From an uncultured Desulfobacterales bacterium (GTDB lineage Bacteria; Desulfobacterota; Desulfobacteria; Desulfobacterales; CAZRLQ01), in NCBI GenBank assembly GCA_964600725.1, contig CAZRLQ010000001.1, forward strand, positions 1-28,267: a stretch of DNA of 28,267 bases, written 5' to 3'. Position numbers and translations under genes: made by a program. The notes beneath the pieces were generated by a model that searched no databases, was not told the origin of the DNA, and worked only from the letters and a program-made list of their open reading frames with translations. Each line of letters begins with the position of its first letter. The stretch's first letter is position 1. This document shows, piece by piece, positions 24,953 through 28,267 of the stretch.

Positions 24953-26006
24953 TCTGCAGTGCCTGACTCTGATAAAATGTTGCAAGCTCGTCAATTATTT
25001 CGTCAAGCTCTCCTTGCAATATACTATCCAATTTGTAAAGGGTAAGCCCTATCCTGTGATCGGTAACCCTCATTTGAGGGAAATTATATGTTCTGATTCT
25101 TTCACTCCTGTCGCCGCTCCCTATCTGATTCTTCCGTTCTTCCGACCTCTTTTCCGTCTGCTCTTTTTCCATTGCATCAAGCAAACGCGCGCGTAAAACC
25201 TTCATCGCCTTGTTCTTGTTTTTCAACTGGGATTTTTCATCCTGGCAGGTAACAACAAGACCTGTGGGAAGGTGAGTAATCCGTACCGCTGAATCGGTTG
25301 TATTTACAGATTGTCCCCCCGGACCGGTTGAACGATATACATCGACCTTAATTTCATTAGGATCGACATGAACTTCGACATCTTCCGCTTCAGGTAATAC
25401 GGCTACGGTGACAGCGGAGGTATGAATTCTACCCTGTGTTTCAGTAGTCGGAACACGCTGAACACGGTGCGTACCGCTTTCATACTTAAAACGGCTGTAA
25501 GCCGACTTTCCATAAAACATGGCAATCACTTCTTTTAAACCACCGACACCGGTTGGGTGATGGTTCATAATTTCCACTTTCCACTTCATTTTTTCAGCAT
25601 ATCTGCAGTACATCTTAAAAAGATCGCTGACAAAGAGAGCGGCCTCTTCACCTCCTGTACCCGCCCGTATTTCAATTATTATATTCTTATTATCATTAGG
25701 GTCTTTTGGTACAAGAAGCTTTCTGAGTTCATTTTCAATTTTATCCTTTTCAAGATTAAGTATATTGACTTCGCTGTCAGCCAGCTCCTTTATTTCAGGA
25801 TCATCATCTTTCAAAAGCTCATAGGTATCATCAAGTTCTTTATGAATTTTCTTATAATTTCTGAAAACCGCTACAATCTCGTTTATCTCGGAGTGCTCCC
25901 GCATATATTTCCCGTATATTTCACGGTCCCTAACAATCCTGGGATCGCTCAAAAGCTTTTCCAGCTCACAAAAACGTTCTTCCACTCCCTTTAACTTGTC
26001 AAACAT
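24918..26006 (-). CDS. prfA: Peptide chain release factor 1
   Basis: 362 aa with [10 protein letters not shown], the PxT anticodon-mimic motif (QRVPTTE), GPGGQSVN and [12 protein letters not shown]. Confidence 0.98.
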   Translation of the reverse strand: MFDKLKGVEERFCELEKLLSDPRIVRDREIYGKYMREHSEINEIVAVFRNYKKIHKELDDTYELLKDDDPEIKELADSEVNILNLEKDKIENELRKLLVPKDPNDNKNIIIEIRAGTGGEEAALFVSDLFKMYCRYAEKMKWKVEIMNHHPTGVGGLKEVIAMFYGKSAYSRFKYESGTHRVQRVPTTETQGRIHTSAVTVAVLPEAEDVEVHVDPNEIKVDVYRSTGPGGQSVNTTDSAVRITHLPTGLVVTCQDEKSQLKNKNKAMKVLRARLLDAMEKEQTEKRSEERKNQIGSGDRSERIRTYNFPQMRVTDHRIGLTLYKLDSILQGELDEIIDELATFYQSQALQNAESVKVAAGS

Positions 26007-26021
26007 TGGTTAACTTTATCC

Positions 26022-26237
26022 TTATGAGTCTTTATTTTGAAACTTCTCATATTTTCTGCGGAAACGTTCGATTCGACCGGCAGTATCAATGAGCTTCTGT
26101 TTCCCTGTAAAAAAAGGATGACATTTTGAACAGATTTCAACACGGATATCCTGTTTTGTTGAACCGACTTCTTCAATATTACCACATGCACATTTAATCG
26201 TTGTTTGAAAATATTCTGGATGGATATCTTTCTTCAT
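26022..26237 (-). CDS. rpmE: 50S ribosomal protein L31, zinc-binding type
   Basis: [24 protein letters not shown] and [16 protein letters not shown] lies upstream. Confidence 0.98.
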   Translation of the reverse strand: MKKDIHPEYFQTTIKCACGNIEEVGSTKQDIRVEICSKCHPFFTGKQKLIDTAGRIERFRRKYEKFQNKDS

Positions 26238-26330
26238 TGTCTTATTTAAATCTCCTCTAACTATATTTTACGCTCTTTATTTTTCTGCTGTTAAAATTTC
26301 CGTATTCCCTGCCTGCACCGCAAAGTCTCA

Positions 26331-27578
26331 TTATGTATTCATGGAATCTAAAAATTGTTTATTATCTTTTGTGCCGCGCATTTTATCAAGTAAAAATCCA
26401 ATACTGTCAATTGAATTTAACTGAGATAAAAGCTTTCGTAAAATCCAGACACGGTTCAAAGTATCTGCCGACAAAAGAAGCTCCTCCTTGCGAGTACCTG
26501 ATTTATTAATATCTATTGCGGGAAAAAGACGTTTATCGGAAAGCTTTCGGTCTAAATGAATTTCCATATTGCCTGTGCCCTTGAATTCTTCAAATATTAC
26601 TTCGTCCATTCGGCTTCCGGTATCAATTAAAGCAGTTGCAATAATGGTAAGGCTTCCTCCCTCTTCTATATTCCTTGCTGCCCCGAAAAAACGTTTTGGC
26701 CGCTGAAGAGCATTTGAATCCACACCGCCCGAAAGAATTTTTCCACTTGGAGGAATAACGGAATTGTAAGCACGTGCAAGCCTGGTTATGCTATCCAAAA
26801 GAATAATGACATTTTTTTTATGTTCTACCAATCTTTTAGCTTTGTCAAGAACCATTTCAGCTACCTGAACATGTCTTTCAGCGGGTTCATCAAAGGTAGA
26901 ACTTATAACTTCAGCTTTGACAGAACGTTGCATGTCGGTAACCTCTTCCGGTCTCTCATCAATAAGAAGTACAAATAAAACAACATCTTTATGATTTGCA
27001 ACAATGCTGTTGGCAATAGACTGCAGAAGCATTGTTTTCCCGGTCCTCGGGGCTGAAACGATCAGACCTCTTTGACCAAAACCGATTGGTGTCATAAGGT
27101 CCATAATACGCATGGAATAATTTTCAGGATAGGATTCGAGTTCAATCTTGGTTTTGGGATAAAGCGGTGTCAAATTATCAAATAATATTTTGTCTCTCGA
27201 AGTTTCCGGATCTTCATAGTTAATAGCCTCAACTTTTAACAAGGCAAAATATCTTTCCGTTTCTTTTGGCTGCCGAATTTGTCCGGATATTGTATCCCCT
27301 GTTCTTAAATTAAACCGCCGTATCTGGGAAGGTGACACGTAAATATCATCCGGCCCAGGCAAATAGTTGTAATCAGGTGCTCTTAAGAAACCAAACCCGT
27401 CCGGCAATATTTCCAGTGTGCCTTCTCCGAATATCAGGCCGTTTTTCTCAATTTGCGCTTGAAGCAGTGCAAACATAAGCTCCTGCTTTCTCATTCCGGC
27501 AGCTCCTTCAATCCTGAAATTTTTGGCCATCTTGGTTAGTTCGTTTATCTTCTTATATTTAAGTTCAGCTATATTCAT
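26331..27578 (-). CDS. rho: Transcription termination factor Rho
   Basis: 415 aa counted from the ATG at 27578, with GGAGA 8 nt upstream. [24 protein letters not shown] (Walker A), [10 protein letters not shown] and EFKGTGNME motifs. Confidence 0.98.
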   Translation of the reverse strand: MNIAELKYKKINELTKMAKNFRIEGAAGMRKQELMFALLQAQIEKNGLIFGEGTLEILPDGFGFLRAPDYNYLPGPDDIYVSPSQIRRFNLRTGDTISGQIRQPKETERYFALLKVEAINYEDPETSRDKILFDNLTPLYPKTKIELESYPENYSMRIMDLMTPIGFGQRGLIVSAPRTGKTMLLQSIANSIVANHKDVVLFVLLIDERPEEVTDMQRSVKAEVISSTFDEPAERHVQVAEMVLDKAKRLVEHKKNVIILLDSITRLARAYNSVIPPSGKILSGGVDSNALQRPKRFFGAARNIEEGGSLTIIATALIDTGSRMDEVIFEEFKGTGNMEIHLDRKLSDKRLFPAIDINKSGTRKEELLLSADTLNRVWILRKLLSQLNSIDSIGFLLDKMRGTKDNKQFLDSMNT

Positions 27579-27624
27579 CAAAACTTTCTCCAGTTACTTG
27601 GGAACAAGGACGCAATAGATTCCA

Positions 27625-27654
27625 CATATAGCACACCTCATGAAACCATTGCAA
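27625..27654 (-). promoter_or_regulatory. Candidate sigma70 promoter for rho
   Basis: TTGCAA-18 bp-TATATG with a TGn extension, about 45 nt upstream of the ATG. Confidence 0.4.
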
Positions 27655-27747
27655 AACAGCCATTTTCCGCCCGATTTACGCACCTGCCTATGCGTTATTA
27701 CCTACACAAAACCGGTCCAGGCTCAAATTTTAAACGAAGCGTTACTT

Positions 27748-27892
27748 AGTGCCCATCCGTAAATGACTATTTTGCCCGATATCTGCGCTGCGCTGAAATT
27801 TTAATCCTCAAAATACGGGGGTTGTATTCCTTCGGTTAAAATTTTAGCGCGCCTTGATCGTCAGTAAATTAGCCTATTTATGGACGGACACT
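27748..27892. mobile_element. 145-bp long-hairpin MITE-like repeat (same core family as 7048-7187)
   Basis: TIRs agtgcccatccgtaaat / atttatggacggacact match at 14/17. Core blocks gcccga..tctg, taatcct, cct.cggtta and gccttgatc are shared with the reverse complement of 7048-7187. Confidence 0.75.
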
Positions 27893-27902
27893 GCTTAGCG
27901 CT

Positions 27903-27957
27903 ATCCTAAAAATACGGCAATGTATTTCTGCAGTTAAAACTTTATTCTGCATTGACC
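27903..27957 (+). repeat. Degenerate tandem half-copy of the hairpin-element core
   Basis: atcctaaaaatacggcaatgtatttctgcagttaaaactttattctgcattgacc aligns with 27804-27859 (atcctcaaaatacgggggttgtattccttcggttaaaattttagcgcgccttgatc). Confidence 0.7.
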
Positions 27958-28267
27958 TTTCAAAAAAATTTCTCGTTTCGGTCAACATTAATGAAAGCTT
28001 TTATAATTCTGGTTAGATTTGTTCGACCCGGAACCGTAAAACCAAAAAGATAGTCAAGCTGTTTCGAGGATTTTGTCTGTTTAAAGCAAAAACAGAAGGA
28101 TCAGTAAAAATGATATGGTCAGGAGTCAGCAATGGAAATTATTGCTTTTTCCCCAAGCCTTTTAAATCTTTCAGGGAGGGTTCCCTGCGTTGTAAAATAT
28201 ACTAAATATACAACCTAAATCCTGCAAGCGCCGGGTTTGCCGAAGACCTGCCCGCGGCAGGCAGGTG

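Noticed and set aside
548-25994. Many 60-183-aa ORFs on the plus strand or in alternative minus frames
   Set aside because: They overlap well-supported genes and show no recognisable motifs, so they are treated as shadow ORFs.
22242-26237. Short EF-Ts, acidic S2 tail, zinc-type L31 and the prfA/prmC overlap
   Set aside because: These are known lineage-typical variants, not novel.
27681-28267. 9-bp inverted match cacctgcct (27681-27689) / aggcaggtg (28259-28267)
   Set aside because: Too short and truncated by the window edge.
1-28267. CRISPR array, tRNA, rRNA, integrase or transposase genes
   Set aside because: I saw no regularly spaced repeat-spacer units, cloverleaf or rRNA signatures, and no DDE, Y1 or tyrosine-recombinase ORFs.

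Overview
All 20 credible genes in this window lie on the minus strand, and they fall into two blocks. The first (16117-27578) is a conserved housekeeping run: rho, rpmE, prfA, prmC, rpsB (with its autoregulatory leader), tsf, pyrH, frr, uppS, cdsA, dxr, rseP. It is followed by a PurS-fused purL and a small lipoprotein. The second (161-12269) is a glycogen cluster: an atypical single-domain response regulator, a 1431-aa GH13 + GDE_N + GH133 fusion resembling the eukaryotic bifunctional debranching enzyme, a stand-alone CBM48 protein, glgP, glgA and a GH13_8 (eukaryote-type) branching enzyme. The gene set suggests Desulfobacterota (Desulfobacterales-like); this is inference from the short EF-Ts, the PurS-PurL fusion and gene order. 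I found no rRNA, tRNA, CRISPR array or transposase gene. Most long intergenic spacers hold small non-autonomous repeats. These include two GTAA-ended MITEs with 8-bp target duplications (IS66-like signature) and a 286-bp CC-ended element inserted in the pyrH stop codon that supplies a new stop. There is also a ~140-bp hairpin family with a shared core but different termini, two REP doublets, and interleaved inverted and direct repeats around rseP. All alignments were done by eye, with no database searches.
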